DNA of 64,000 nt from Synergistales bacterium (GTDB lineage Bacteria; Synergistota; Synergistia; Synergistales; JAFGMB01): assembly GCA_963666205.1 (NCBI GenBank), contig OY762654.1, forward strand, positions 1,952,001 to 2,016,000, read 5' to 3'. How positions within the stretch are numbered: position 1 is the first letter of the stretch; every line of letters starts with the position of its first letter. The position numbers were made by a program, and so were the translations under genes. The notes beneath the pieces are model-generated. The model had not been told where the DNA came from and did not search any database. It saw only the letters and a list, made by a program, of their open reading frames with translations. Below are positions 49,728 through 60,174 of the stretch, one piece after another.

Positions 49728-51425
49728 TCATATTTCCTCCTGAATCTGGATTGCACTTATTCCGCCGGCCCTTCCTGGAACCAGCCTGCTGATAACTACA
49801 ATTGCAAAAAGAACTATCCCTACAAGAATAACGCTGAAGGCGGCAGCAACTCCAAGTCTTCCTGAGCCCACCTGGCTGAGTATCTGGACTGTAAGTAGAT
49901 TCCAATGAGCGGACACCAGGAAAATGGCCGCGCTTATTGCCGTCATTGCCCGCACAAAGGCAAAAACCAGGCCCGAGAAGAAAGCAGGGGCTATGAGGGG
50001 AAGGGTGATCTTTCGGAAAGTCGTAACGCCATCGGCTCCAAGGTTGCGGGCTGCCTCTTCGATGGATGGATCTATCTGTCTGAGTACGGCAATACCTGAC
50101 TGTATTCCTACAGGGATGTACCTGAAAACGAAATTCAGTACAAGAATTGATAATGTGCCGATGAGAATAAGGGGCGGTTTGTTGAAGGCCAGAATGTAGC
50201 CTATACCAACAACAGTACCGGGGACAGCAAAGTTCAGGATAGATGTGAATTCAAGAGAGGCTTTGCCAGGAAAGGAAAGCCTGACCACCATAAAAGCTAT
50301 CAGCATGCCCAACAGGCCAGATACAGGAGTGGATAGCAGGGCTATTATCAGGGTGTCCTTTATGGTATCAAGGCCAACGCTGAAAGCATATATGAAATGT
50401 TTCAGGGTAAGGGTGAAATCATATCCCCAGACTGAAGTGAAAGCGCCCACTGTTATGGTTCCATAGAACATGATCACCAGCATGGCAAAGATCGTTACAC
50501 AAAAATAGAGGACCCTTCCTGCTCTCCTGCTGACCAGTTTTGATGATGAAGCCACTGGTTTGCCTGTAATGGTGGTGTACTGTTTTTTCTGGAGGTAATA
50601 TCTCTGGATCACAAATGCTGTTACTGAAGGTAGAAGAAGTACAACTGCAAGGGCGGCACCCAGGGGCAGATTGAAGGATCCGGTTATTTCGAGATATGCC
50701 TGGGTGGCGAGCATGGGGAAACGGCTTCCTGCCAGAACCAGGGGATTACCGAAATCTGCAAGGGATTCTATCATGACTACCAGGAAGGCGCTGGCTATTC
50801 CAGGCAGGCTCAGGGGCAGGGTTACTTTCATAAATGTCTGCATTCTTGTTGCTCCTACATTCATGGCAGCATCTTCCAGAGTAGGGTTGAGGGAATCCAG
50901 GACTCCCCTTAATGTCAGATATGCTACGGGAGCAAAGGTGAAGATCTGTGACAGAACTACCCCCTTGAATCCATAGATCGAAAAATTCCTGATCCCAAGG
51001 ACCCCCCGTGTTATAAGGCCGTGTGACCCAAAGAGCATAAGTATGGAGAGGGCGCTTGTAAAGGGAGGAGAAATGATAGGTAAAATAAAAAGTACATGGA
51101 GAAACCTTTTACAGGGTATGTTGGTCCTTACAATTGTAAAGGCAGCCAGATATCCTGTTACAACACCTGTAAAACCGGTTATAATGCCTACAAAAAGGCT
51201 GTTCCAGAGGGCATTACGCAGGTATCTGAAACGGATGAACCTGTTATAGTTGGCCAGTGAAAACCCTCCATCCATGGTCTGGAAGCTTTTTACCAGAACG
51301 GACAGCAGGGGATATATCACAAATATTATCAGAGACAGGGCTGTAAACCCTGTTAATAATGCAATGAAAGGGTCTCGCTTGAGTAATTGAAGGTCCCTCA
51401 TCCCTTTTCTTATCTTCTGATGCAT
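49728..51425 (-). CDS. ABC permease (FbpB/AfuB-like, duplicated domains)
   Basis: Two EAA motifs (LEDAAMNVGA, IEEAARNLGA). Confidence 0.9.
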   Translation of the reverse strand: MHQKIRKGMRDLQLLKRDPFIALLTGFTALSLIIFVIYPLLSVLVKSFQTMDGGFSLANYNRFIRFRYLRNALWNSLFVGIITGFTGVVTGYLAAFTIVRTNIPCKRFLHVLFILPIISPPFTSALSILMLFGSHGLITRGVLGIRNFSIYGFKGVVLSQIFTFAPVAYLTLRGVLDSLNPTLEDAAMNVGATRMQTFMKVTLPLSLPGIASAFLVVMIESLADFGNPLVLAGSRFPMLATQAYLEITGSFNLPLGAALAVVLLLPSVTAFVIQRYYLQKKQYTTITGKPVASSSKLVSRRAGRVLYFCVTIFAMLVIMFYGTITVGAFTSVWGYDFTLTLKHFIYAFSVGLDTIKDTLIIALLSTPVSGLLGMLIAFMVVRLSFPGKASLEFTSILNFAVPGTVVGIGYILAFNKPPLILIGTLSILVLNFVFRYIPVGIQSGIAVLRQIDPSIEEAARNLGADGVTTFRKITLPLIAPAFFSGLVFAFVRAMTAISAAIFLVSAHWNLLTVQILSQVGSGRLGVAAAFSVILVGIVLFAIVVISRLVPGRAGGISAIQIQEEI

Positions 51426-51499
51426 TTAATCCTCCGCAATAAATATTGCCCGGGCCTGAAAAGATCTTTTCAGGCCCGGGCATGGCTTGAATGATTTAT

Positions 51500-52513
51500 T
51501 TACTGTCCAAGCACTTCTGTTACCCAACGGTCAACGATACGACCCTTATCAGCCGCCGCTTTTTCCCTGTCATAGTCTATCAGTTGGATTTCAGCAAGGG
51601 ATGGAACCCCCTCTCCTGCTGATACATCTTTTCTTACGGGGAAAAAGTATGTCTTGACCTGACTGAGAGTGGTCTGGCCTTCCTTTGAAAGAATCCAGTC
51701 CACAAGGGCCCTGGCTTCATCCATATTCTTTGCACCCTTGAGAATGGATACTGCTGCTGCCTCATATCCCACACCCTCGGCAGGGAACACCACTTTGGCC
51801 GGGAAGCCCTGGTCCACTAATTTCAGGAATGCAGGGGTGAACTGAATGGCCAGAGATGTTTCTCTGATGGCCAGGTTCTTGCTGGGGCCAGTTCCGCTCT
51901 GGGTATAGGTCTGGACATTCGGGTTCATTTTTTTCATGAATGTGAAGGCTTCATCTTCCCCGAAAATGCTTATAAGGGTCTGGATCACGGCATAAGCTGT
52001 TCCGGAAGACTGTGGAGAAGGCATCTGTATCATACCTTTATAGGAAGGATCGGTTAGATCTGCCCATGCAGCAGGTTCCTTTACCCCTGCACCCTTGAGT
52101 TCTTCAGGAAGGATCCCGAAACCAAGGGGATTCATATAAAAGGCGTGCCAGTAGCCTTCCTTATCCTTGAAATTGTCGAGAAGTTCCTTAGCGGAAGGGG
52201 ATGCATAGGGTTGAGTAAGACCCCGGTCCCTGGCTACAATGTGGTTTTCGTTTGGAGCTCCGAACCATACATCAGCCTGGGGATTGTTCTTTTCAGCCTC
52301 TATCCGGCTCAAAGCCGGACCTGAAGAAAGAAATACCATATTTACTTTTATACCGGTAGTTTCAGAAAAAACATTTAGAATGTTTGTTGCGTTTTCCTCA
52401 TCGACGCTCGAATAAATAACAAGATTTCTGTCCGCTGCGATTGAGCATGCAGCAAAAGAAACAACCATTACCGCCAGGGTCAGAACTACTGTGAGCCTGG
52501 AAATTCTGAACAT
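51500..52513 (-). CDS. ABC substrate-binding protein (AfuA/FbpA-like family, substrate unknown)
   Basis: AEKNNPQADVWFG, W.DL.DP.YKG.I.MP.P.SSGTAY and FPAEG. Confidence 0.88.
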   Translation of the reverse strand: MFRISRLTVVLTLAVMVVSFAACSIAADRNLVIYSSVDEENATNILNVFSETTGIKVNMVFLSSGPALSRIEAEKNNPQADVWFGAPNENHIVARDRGLTQPYASPSAKELLDNFKDKEGYWHAFYMNPLGFGILPEELKGAGVKEPAAWADLTDPSYKGMIQMPSPQSSGTAYAVIQTLISIFGEDEAFTFMKKMNPNVQTYTQSGTGPSKNLAIRETSLAIQFTPAFLKLVDQGFPAKVVFPAEGVGYEAAAVSILKGAKNMDEARALVDWILSKEGQTTLSQVKTYFFPVRKDVSAGEGVPSLAEIQLIDYDREKAAADKGRIVDRWVTEVLGQ

Positions 52514-52792
52514 GAAATTACCCCCCTTACTTTTTTTAAAAAATGTTGTGACCTTTAATGGAATATATCACAAAGGTAGCAATGGAACAATCTGTTGCAT
52601 CTATTCATATTATGTAAGGGAACATAAATAGTATCCATATCGGAGGAAAAGGAGATAATTTTATTTAGGGAAGGAGATCTGCACCTTCCTGTTGCATATG
52701 TTGAGTTTCTTATACAATATGGGGTTTACAAATTTGTCATTAAAGGGTAACAATCAATATCAGTTAATTATCAGAAAAGGCTGGTGATATGG

Positions 52793-53143
52793 ATGTTTGT
52801 CAAAGATGAAAATGCAACTGTTACTAAGGTATTTGAAGCAAGAGGCGGAGAAGGGTTTGTAAATGGAAGAAACTATATAAGTCCCGAAAATGCTCCTGAA
52901 GGAAGTGTTTTCAGGATGGTTGCCATCATGACCCTTGAACCTGGTGCATCAGTGGGATACCATGTCCACGAGAATAATGAGGAAGTTTACAGCATCCTTT
53001 CCGGCAGTGGTATATATAGTGATAACGGCAAGGAGATAGAAGTGGGACCTGGCGATACCACCCTTGCTCCGAGAGGAACTGGCCACGGAATAAAAAACAG
53101 CGGTGATGCTCCTCTTGTTTTCTTTGCAGTTATAGCTGAATAG
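52793..53143 (+). CDS. Cupin domain protein
   Basis: GYHVHENNEEVY.ILSG.G...GD.....GTGHGIKN; start may be 52784. Confidence 0.88.
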   Translation: MFVKDENATVTKVFEARGGEGFVNGRNYISPENAPEGSVFRMVAIMTLEPGASVGYHVHENNEEVYSILSGSGIYSDNGKEIEVGPGDTTLAPRGTGHGIKNSGDAPLVFFAVIAE

Positions 53144-53198
53144 ATAAAAGGCTTAACATATAGACAGGGACTCTCCGAAAGGGAGAGCCCCTGTTTCA

Positions 53199-54179
53199 TC
53201 AGGTCTTTTTCTTGAGTTTTAAAAATCCCTTCTGCATTTTTCCCTGAAAGGATATATTTTCAAGAGAAAGAAGTATTACTGCCATAACTATCAGAATTCC
53301 GCCCTTGAAGGCGTTAGCAGAGGGTATCTCGTTGAGAAATATCCATGACCAGAACATGGCGAAGGGTATCTCAGTCATTGAAACGATTGCTGCGACCCCT
53401 CCAGAAACGACCCGAAGAGAAAGCATAAGTATGCCGAATGCACCTATCCCGGGGAAAATGGTGAGATAAAGGACGGATAACCAGGCTTCCCAGTCAGTTA
53501 CCAGGAGCATGTTTAATTGCCCCGTAGCGAAAAAAATCATCCAGAGGCAAAGTGCTCCCCATAGAAACATCTGGACGTAAGCTTTAAGTGGGTCATCCTT
53601 CCCCATTCCATGTTTGCCATTGAGCACATAAACAGCATATCCAAATCCAGCTCCAAGGGCTGCAATCAACCCCATTACGTTGTAGGGCTGGAACTTTATC
53701 CCCCCAACTGCCAGCCAGACTCCAGATATTCCCACTAAAAGAGTTAGTACCTGGAACCAGGTTACTTTTTCTTTCCAGAATACCCTTGCCATTACCATCA
53801 CCCAGAAAGGGGCAGTGTTAATGAGTAGAAAGGTCAGGCCTATTGGTATTCGTCCCATAGCAAAGGCTGCTGAAGTATGGCCTATAGCTACTCCGAAAAG
53901 CCCGCTTATCAAACATGGGAATATATCCATTCTTTGCAATATAAATACATCTTTTCTCCTTGTGTAGAGTGCATATATAACCATAATTATAGCTGCGAAG
54001 GTTGTCCTGAAGAGAGCCAGTGTTAAAGGAGTCATGCCATGGGAGTAACTTATTCTTACCGGAGCTCCTTCGGAACCCCAGAGTGCCCCGGAAACAACCA
54101 GGGATAATACCCCGATAACATAAAGGAGATTTGAACTTGAGTGTAAGGGGTTTCCCATTGGTTTTCTTTTGAACGCCAT
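53199..54179 (-). CDS. DMT/EamA family transporter
   Basis: About 10 TM helices; LWG, TAPFWV and TEIPFA. Confidence 0.88.
   Translation of the reverse strand: MAFKRKPMGNPLHSSSNLLYVIGVLSLVVSGALWGSEGAPVRISYSHGMTPLTLALFRTTFAAIIMVIYALYTRRKDVFILQRMDIFPCLISGLFGVAIGHTSAAFAMGRIPIGLTFLLINTAPFWVMVMARVFWKEKVTWFQVLTLLVGISGVWLAVGGIKFQPYNVMGLIAALGAGFGYAVYVLNGKHGMGKDDPLKAYVQMFLWGALCLWMIFFATGQLNMLLVTDWEAWLSVLYLTIFPGIGAFGILMLSLRVVSGGVAAIVSMTEIPFAMFWSWIFLNEIPSANAFKGGILIVMAVILLSLENISFQGKMQKGFLKLKKKT
53290..53426. repeat. 137-bp exact repeat shared with 61800-61936
   Basis: Identical block inside two otherwise clearly diverged DMT paralogs. Confidence 0.9.
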
Positions 54180-54278
54180 TTATTAAACCTCGTAATCTTC
54201 AGATGACTGAAATATGAATGACAGGGGATGGCCATAATGGCCATCCCCACTAATGTCATATTATCCGTAAAAAAGATG

Positions 54279-55403
54279 CTAGAACCAGTGTGGCTCGTCC
54301 CAGAGCTTAAGTTCCTGGCCTATACCTTTTTTGAGGGCATTCTGATAAACACTATATCCCCATGCCACATCTTCAACAGGCATTCCACCAGTTATAAATA
54401 CTATCTTTTCCTTGTCATCTTTTCTGCCCGGGACTTTACCGCATGCTATATCCCCAAGGCTTCTTATGTCTTCGTGCTTCATTTTTTGATCAAGTATCAG
54501 TTGAATAACAGGAGCCGAAGGGGCCCAGGTTAGAATACTTTCGATTCCCTGGGGATGTTCTTCTCCTTCAGTCATCCATGCCTGGTGCATTTTCCAGTTA
54601 TCAGCTATTACTGTATTGTCCAGGTAGCAGTCGTCGCTCAATTCCGCGGTCCCTGTGAGGGTAAGGAGAGCACCTTCCTTGAGCCATTCTGTGGGAATAG
54701 TGGCCTTTTTTGCACCGGCAGTGGCAATGCTTATAACGTCTGCTTTTCTTATGCATTCTTCAAGAGAGTCTACCGGAGTTACCTTGAGCCCAGTGACCTT
54801 CTCCATTTCTTCTTTAAATGCAATTGATTTCTCCGGGAAAATATCGTAAATCAGGGCTTCTTCAAGAGAAGGAGTTCCTTCGGCAATGGCCATGAGACAG
54901 GCCCTGCTTATTACTCCAGCTCCGACTACACCACATACCTTGGAATCCTTGCGGGCTAGATATTTAGCAGCTACTCCCGGCACGGAACCTGTTCTCATCG
55001 CACTGATAAGGTTGCCGGACATTATGGCCAGAGGTTCTGAAGTGACGGCATCGTTTAGCATTACTGTAAGAATAGATCTTGGCAGGCCGGATTTTGGATT
55101 TTCAATATTTGAACCATACCATTTTTCACCGCATACGTTGAATCTTCCTCCAAGATAGGTAACCATTGCCATGAACCTTCTATCCGGACCATTGACGGGC
55201 ATATTGGGAAAACGTTTTTCTTCAGGGAACCATATCATCAGGCCATGTTCATTTTCCCTGGGGCCGCCCATCAAATAGTCACCCTCGCCAAGGAGATGAA
55301 AAGCTTCATCTATTACCTTGACGCACTCTTTCATATCCAAGACCCCGGCTTCTATCATTTCAGGTTCTGAAAGATATAAAAACTTTACTTCTTTTCCCTT
55401 CAT
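54279..55403 (-). CDS. Ornithine cyclodeaminase/mu-crystallin family protein, copy 2
   Basis: GEKWYGSN, SAMRTG, VGAGVI and GGMPVEDVAW. Confidence 0.88.
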   Translation of the reverse strand: MKGKEVKFLYLSEPEMIEAGVLDMKECVKVIDEAFHLLGEGDYLMGGPRENEHGLMIWFPEEKRFPNMPVNGPDRRFMAMVTYLGGRFNVCGEKWYGSNIENPKSGLPRSILTVMLNDAVTSEPLAIMSGNLISAMRTGSVPGVAAKYLARKDSKVCGVVGAGVISRACLMAIAEGTPSLEEALIYDIFPEKSIAFKEEMEKVTGLKVTPVDSLEECIRKADVISIATAGAKKATIPTEWLKEGALLTLTGTAELSDDCYLDNTVIADNWKMHQAWMTEGEEHPQGIESILTWAPSAPVIQLILDQKMKHEDIRSLGDIACGKVPGRKDDKEKIVFITGGMPVEDVAWGYSVYQNALKKGIGQELKLWDEPHWF

Positions 55404-55465
55404 AATAAAAACCTCCTTTATGAAATAATTATCCAGAATCAGTTGCTGAAATTGAGTTGTTTATT

Positions 55466-56590
55466 TTAGAACCAGTGAGGTTCGTTCCAGAGTTTAAGCT
55501 CTTGTCCGATGCCTTTCTTCAAGGCATTCTGATATACGGTGAAACTCCATGCCAGATCCTCGGTCGGCAGGCCCCCGGTTATACATACGGTTCTTTCCCT
55601 GCTGTTTTCCCTACCAGGTTTTTTGCCGGAAATAATATCGCCAAGGCTTACCACGTCGTCGTCTTTCATCTTTCCATCCTTAATATATTTAAAGAGGTAT
55701 TTGCTAGCCAGACCAAAATGTTTTTCAATGTCAAGGCCTTTAAGTTCTTCTCTGAAAGCCATATGCATTTTCCAATGGTCTACCACGACTTTTTCCGGTA
55801 CATTCAATAGATAATCGGGTTCAAATGATACACCAGCAGGAAGGGCCAGGTATGCCCCTTCTTTTACCCATTCCGGTTTGATATGTGGTGAAGCCTTTCC
55901 TGAAGCTGCCACATTTATTACATCTGATCCCACCACACACTCTTCAAGAGAGCCGACGGGGTGGACATTAAGGCCAAGTTCTTTAGACATCTCTTCACAG
56001 AAAGAAGCAGCCCTTTCCTGGTTAAGATCAAAGACTTTGACCTCTTCCAGATCTTTAAGGACATATGCGAGGGACATGAGAGAAGCTTTACTGATTACAC
56101 CTGCAGCGACAATACCTGCAACTTTAGAGTCAGGTCTTGCAAGGTATCTTGCACCTACTCCCGGGATGGCTCCTGTTCTCATTGCGCTGACAAGATTTCC
56201 CGACATGAAAGCAAGGGGTTCTGAGGTATCGGGGTCGTTCAAAATGATGTTGAGGATAGATCGGGGTAGTCCTCTTGAAGGGTTGATTATATGTGAGCCG
56301 TACCATTTTTCTCCGCACACATTGAATTTTCCCCCCAGATAGCCAACCATGGCCATGAATCTTCTGTCAGGTCCAAGCACTGGCATATTAGGGAATTCAG
56401 ATGTTTCCGGGAACTCAATTTTGATCCCATGAGAATTCCGGGAAGCTCCTCCAAGAAGATAGTCGCCTTTTCCCATAAGATCGAACATCTCTACCATCGT
56501 TTCTACACATTGGCCCATATCAAGGACACCTGCTTCGATCATATCTTCCTCTGAGAGGAAAAGAAACTTGACACTTTTACCTTTTACCAT
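55466..56590 (-). CDS. Ornithine cyclodeaminase/mu-crystallin family protein, copy 1
   Basis: GEKWYGSH, SAMRTG and GGLPTEDLAW; paralog of the adjacent gene. Confidence 0.88.
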   Translation of the reverse strand: MVKGKSVKFLFLSEEDMIEAGVLDMGQCVETMVEMFDLMGKGDYLLGGASRNSHGIKIEFPETSEFPNMPVLGPDRRFMAMVGYLGGKFNVCGEKWYGSHIINPSRGLPRSILNIILNDPDTSEPLAFMSGNLVSAMRTGAIPGVGARYLARPDSKVAGIVAAGVISKASLMSLAYVLKDLEEVKVFDLNQERAASFCEEMSKELGLNVHPVGSLEECVVGSDVINVAASGKASPHIKPEWVKEGAYLALPAGVSFEPDYLLNVPEKVVVDHWKMHMAFREELKGLDIEKHFGLASKYLFKYIKDGKMKDDDVVSLGDIISGKKPGRENSRERTVCITGGLPTEDLAWSFTVYQNALKKGIGQELKLWNEPHWF

Positions 56591-56687
56591 GAATAAACCC
56601 CCCTTGGTTTAACTTCGAAATACAGGGGGAGTATGAACTCCCCCGTAAATGTCAATAACGAATTAAAAACAGACCGCTTAAATCTGG

Positions 56688-58094
56688 CTATTCAGCCCCA
56701 GCTTCTTCAGGTAAGACCTTAGAAGGTCTGGCAATTGGCAGTTTTGAATACCACCATTTCATTACCATCGGCGCCACGAGGAAAAATGCCAGGTATGCTC
56801 CTGCCGGACCTAACAAAGTCCAGAACTTGCCAGTTGACAGAAGGATCGGGCCAACGGATACCATGAGAATGTCTGTGATAACGACTATAGGAGTGATAAT
56901 TGCAGTATCATCAAGAGTTTTGGATCTCATGTCAGGATCTACTATACGGAGAAGAGCAAAACCGATGGCAAAAACTCCAGTGCAATATCCGTAAACGAAG
57001 ATTCCTCTCTCGAACCAGTCCTGCCTGTTCATCCTGGGGGCAAGGAATAAGAAGCCTCCTACCACGACAAAGATTCCCAGGATCATGAGCATGGAGAAGG
57101 GGGCCCAATACTTTAAAACAACGGGCAACTTGATAGAGGCTACTCCAAAGAAGACAAGGTAATCTGTAAAGGCGCTTCCCATCCTTCCAACCAGTTTCCG
57201 ATCCACGTATTTATAGGCTCCGCAGGGCTTCAGCAGATAGTAGAAGGCCACTGCAACTATGAAAGCCATGGAGAATGTCGGGACATGAAGACCAAACTGG
57301 GAATTTATCAATTGAGCCGCTATACGACCGATACCTGCCGGGAAAAATATTAATGCCAGATGCCAGGCTAGGGGGTCAATAGATATTGGAGATACTGTTT
57401 CTGAGCCAATAGAAACTCTCTTTTCGAGAGGGATAAGACCAGTTTGAAGTTCTTCCGGAAGGCTGCCAAAATCTTTAACGTAAGATGTGATTCCACGTTT
57501 AGTAGCCCACTTGATCAGAATAACTCCGCCAAATATACCTGCCATAATTCCTATGGTTGCCGACGTCATGGCGAGGTCTGTTGCGTCAGCCCATCCGTAG
57601 GCAGCGAACGTTTTTCCTACTGCTGCAGCTGTTCCGTGTCCACCTACAAAACCAGCGCCAAGAAGCATCCCGAATCCTGGGTGAATAGTTGGGAAAATCC
57701 TGTTAAGTACATAAATTCCGAAAACGATGGGGACGAAATATTGAAGCATATATGAAACTTCTTTGAAGCACATATAACTTCCTATGCGCTCAACATCTTT
57801 CTTGAAACCTCCCTTTGATATTTCAAAACCGCGAAGTCCGATGGAAACGAAGACAAGAACTATTAGCATTCCTGAATATCTTCCCATCTGATCTGAGAAT
57901 GGTATAAAACCGAATCCTCTGGGACCAAGGGCAAGACCGACAAAACCGGCGATAAGACTTGCAGGGACGAAAAAACTCTGGAAAAACTTCACTTTAGCTC
58001 TTAATAACTGTCCGACAAGGATAAATCCACTGGCAAAGGCCAGATCAAGTAAAAAACTGTAAACATCAAAAGTTTCGGCAAAGATTGACAACAT
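56688..58094 (-). CDS. Sodium:glutamate symporter (GltS/ESS family)
   Basis: GFVGGHGTAAAVG and G..TG....G.ALLRIVDP. Confidence 0.88.
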   Translation of the reverse strand: MLSIFAETFDVYSFLLDLAFASGFILVGQLLRAKVKFFQSFFVPASLIAGFVGLALGPRGFGFIPFSDQMGRYSGMLIVLVFVSIGLRGFEISKGGFKKDVERIGSYMCFKEVSYMLQYFVPIVFGIYVLNRIFPTIHPGFGMLLGAGFVGGHGTAAAVGKTFAAYGWADATDLAMTSATIGIMAGIFGGVILIKWATKRGITSYVKDFGSLPEELQTGLIPLEKRVSIGSETVSPISIDPLAWHLALIFFPAGIGRIAAQLINSQFGLHVPTFSMAFIVAVAFYYLLKPCGAYKYVDRKLVGRMGSAFTDYLVFFGVASIKLPVVLKYWAPFSMLMILGIFVVVGGFLFLAPRMNRQDWFERGIFVYGYCTGVFAIGFALLRIVDPDMRSKTLDDTAIITPIVVITDILMVSVGPILLSTGKFWTLLGPAGAYLAFFLVAPMVMKWWYSKLPIARPSKVLPEEAGAE

Positions 58095-58221
58095 TCACTC
58101 CCCCTTATCTGGAAAATAATGGCTATGTTTCCAATCCGGCAATACTGGAAAGATTGTACTTTCTATTACCAATACCAAACCTCCTTTTTTGTAGTAAATT
58201 GATAGAGCTGGGTAAATATGA

Positions 58222-58275
58222 TAAGAAAGATCCATTTCTTAAACTACTATAAAATAGAAAGAAATGTTTCTTTCT
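58222..58275. promoter_or_regulatory. Two GAAA...TTTC palindromes (probable RpiR operators)
   Basis: TAAGAAA-gatcca-TTTCTTA (58222-58241) and AGAAAGAAA-tg-TTTCTTTCT (58256-58275) in the divergent gltS/rpiR spacer. Confidence 0.55.
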
Positions 58276-58368
58276 TAGTAAAGATAGTAGAAGAAATAAA
58301 ACATGTCAAGTATAATAATCTGTATTGGTGTTCTTATCCATGTTTCCGAAGAGAGGAAAGAGAAAATA

Positions 58369-59337
58369 ATGTCTAAAGCTTCTTTTTTACATATAGGTGA
58401 AAGAATGGAAAAATTTCCGACTCAACAGAAAAATGTCTGTAAGTATATTCAGGATCATTACGATAAAGTAGCCTTTATGACAGTGGAACAGCTTGCTGAA
58501 AATGTCGGGGTGAGCCCTGCCACAATAGTAAGGACTGTTGACCGGATGGGATATCCAAACTACCAGGCACTTAAGGATGAAATAGTCAGTGTCATCCTTT
58601 CAACAAAATCTCCCTCTACCAGCCAGTTGGAAGAGTATTGGGATGCACTTCTATCTGCCAAGCTCCCAACCCGTCATCAGTTGGAAGATTCCTGGAATGA
58701 GCCCCTCAACGAAAACAAGCTTATTGCTATTGCCAGGAAGAATGCAGCTGGAATCCAGACGATGCTGACGCCCCATCTTATTGATAACTTCGGCAAAGCA
58801 GTTTCGATTCTTGGCGGTTCAAAAAGAATAATGATAATGGGACAGAGATCCAGCAGGAGTGCCGCACTGTATTTTTATCTTCTGCTCAGGGAGTTCCTTC
58901 CTGCTGTACAACTGGTAGGAACTTACGGGACAGATGGTATGTATGAAGAATTATTTGATCTTAATGCCAATGATTCGTTATTCGCTATTTCTTATGGTAG
59001 CCCACTGTATGCAAAAAGAACCATTGATGCAGTTCGATTTATGTCAGAAAGAGAAATTCCCGTAGTGCTTCTCACGGATAGCCTTAAAAATCCTGCAGTT
59101 CCCCTTGCCTCACAGGTTCTGCTCGTACCGTCAATTGCAGATCACTACAGTCTTGTTCCGGTTATTACAGTTCTGGATGCACTCATTGCCGAGGTGGGAA
59201 GGAACAATCTTAACCCGGCAAAACGGAGATTAAGGAATCTCTGGAAAGTGTTATCTGAATCGGATATAACTGTTTCTACTCCAGAACTTCAGGAAGAAAT
59301 GGAGCGGAGGGTTTCTGATGGATGGTCTGCAAAATAG
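58369..59337 (+). CDS. MurR/RpiR family regulator (HTH + SIS)
   Basis: TVEQLAENVGVSPATIVR...GY; SIS domain G.RSS and LTD...P. Confidence 0.9.
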   Translation: MSKASFLHIGERMEKFPTQQKNVCKYIQDHYDKVAFMTVEQLAENVGVSPATIVRTVDRMGYPNYQALKDEIVSVILSTKSPSTSQLEEYWDALLSAKLPTRHQLEDSWNEPLNENKLIAIARKNAAGIQTMLTPHLIDNFGKAVSILGGSKRIMIMGQRSSRSAALYFYLLLREFLPAVQLVGTYGTDGMYEELFDLNANDSLFAISYGSPLYAKRTIDAVRFMSEREIPVVLLTDSLKNPAVPLASQVLLVPSIADHYSLVPVITVLDALIAEVGRNNLNPAKRRLRNLWKVLSESDITVSTPELQEEMERRVSDGWSAK

Positions 59338-59370
59338 AGAACAAAATTATACAGGGAGGTAATTAGATCT

Positions 59371-60174
59371 ATGTCTGGAATCACTTCATTGTTGAAAGAA
59401 AAAAAGACTATTATAGGAATGGTACATTTTCCTCCTTTGCCTGGAACTCCTTTATATCGTGAAGAATGCGGCATGGACTGCATTCTGGACAGGGTGTCCA
59501 ACGATCTTAAGGCCCTTCAGGATGGCGGTATAGATGCGGTTATGTTCTGTAATGAAAATGATCGGCCTTATTCATTAAGTGCAGATTTTTCTACTGTATC
59601 TTCCATGAGTTTTATTATTGGACAGATCTCTCGCGAAATCTCGGTTCCCTTTGGTGTTGATGTTCTTTGGGATCCTAAAGCAGCTATTGCTATTGCCAAG
59701 GCCACCGGCGCATCCTTTATAAGAGAGGTTATTACAGGAAATTATTCTTCAGACATGGGATATTGGAATACGAACGTTGGTGATCTCTACCGCTATCGCA
59801 AATTGATAGATGCAGATAATGTTGAGGTACTCTTCAATATCTCAGCTGAATTTGCAAGTAGCACAGACAGACGGCCACTGGAGGAAATCGCAAGAAGCGT
59901 TGTGTTTTCCTCTCTTGCTGATGGGATCCTTGTTTCAGGTCCCATGACGGGCCTTCCCACATCTCGGGAGCAGCTTTGCAAAGTAAAACAAGCAGTCGGA
60001 GATGTTCCTGTCCTTGCCAACACAGGAGTCAAGCAGGCCAATGTCTCAGAATTGCTGGAAATGGCAGATGGTGCCATTGTCGGAACTTCTCTCAAAAAGG
60101 ATGGTGTAACCTGGAATCCCGTAGATTCAGCTAGAGTCATAAACCTTATGCAGCAAGTGAACAGCCTGAAATGA
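59371..60174 (+). CDS. BtpA/SgcQ family TIM-barrel protein
   Basis: IIGMVH.PPLPGTP, NENDRPY, VSGPMTG and ADGAIVGT. Confidence 0.9.
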   Translation: MSGITSLLKEKKTIIGMVHFPPLPGTPLYREECGMDCILDRVSNDLKALQDGGIDAVMFCNENDRPYSLSADFSTVSSMSFIIGQISREISVPFGVDVLWDPKAAIAIAKATGASFIREVITGNYSSDMGYWNTNVGDLYRYRKLIDADNVEVLFNISAEFASSTDRRPLEEIARSVVFSSLADGILVSGPMTGLPTSREQLCKVKQAVGDVPVLANTGVKQANVSELLEMADGAIVGTSLKKDGVTWNPVDSARVINLMQQVNSLK

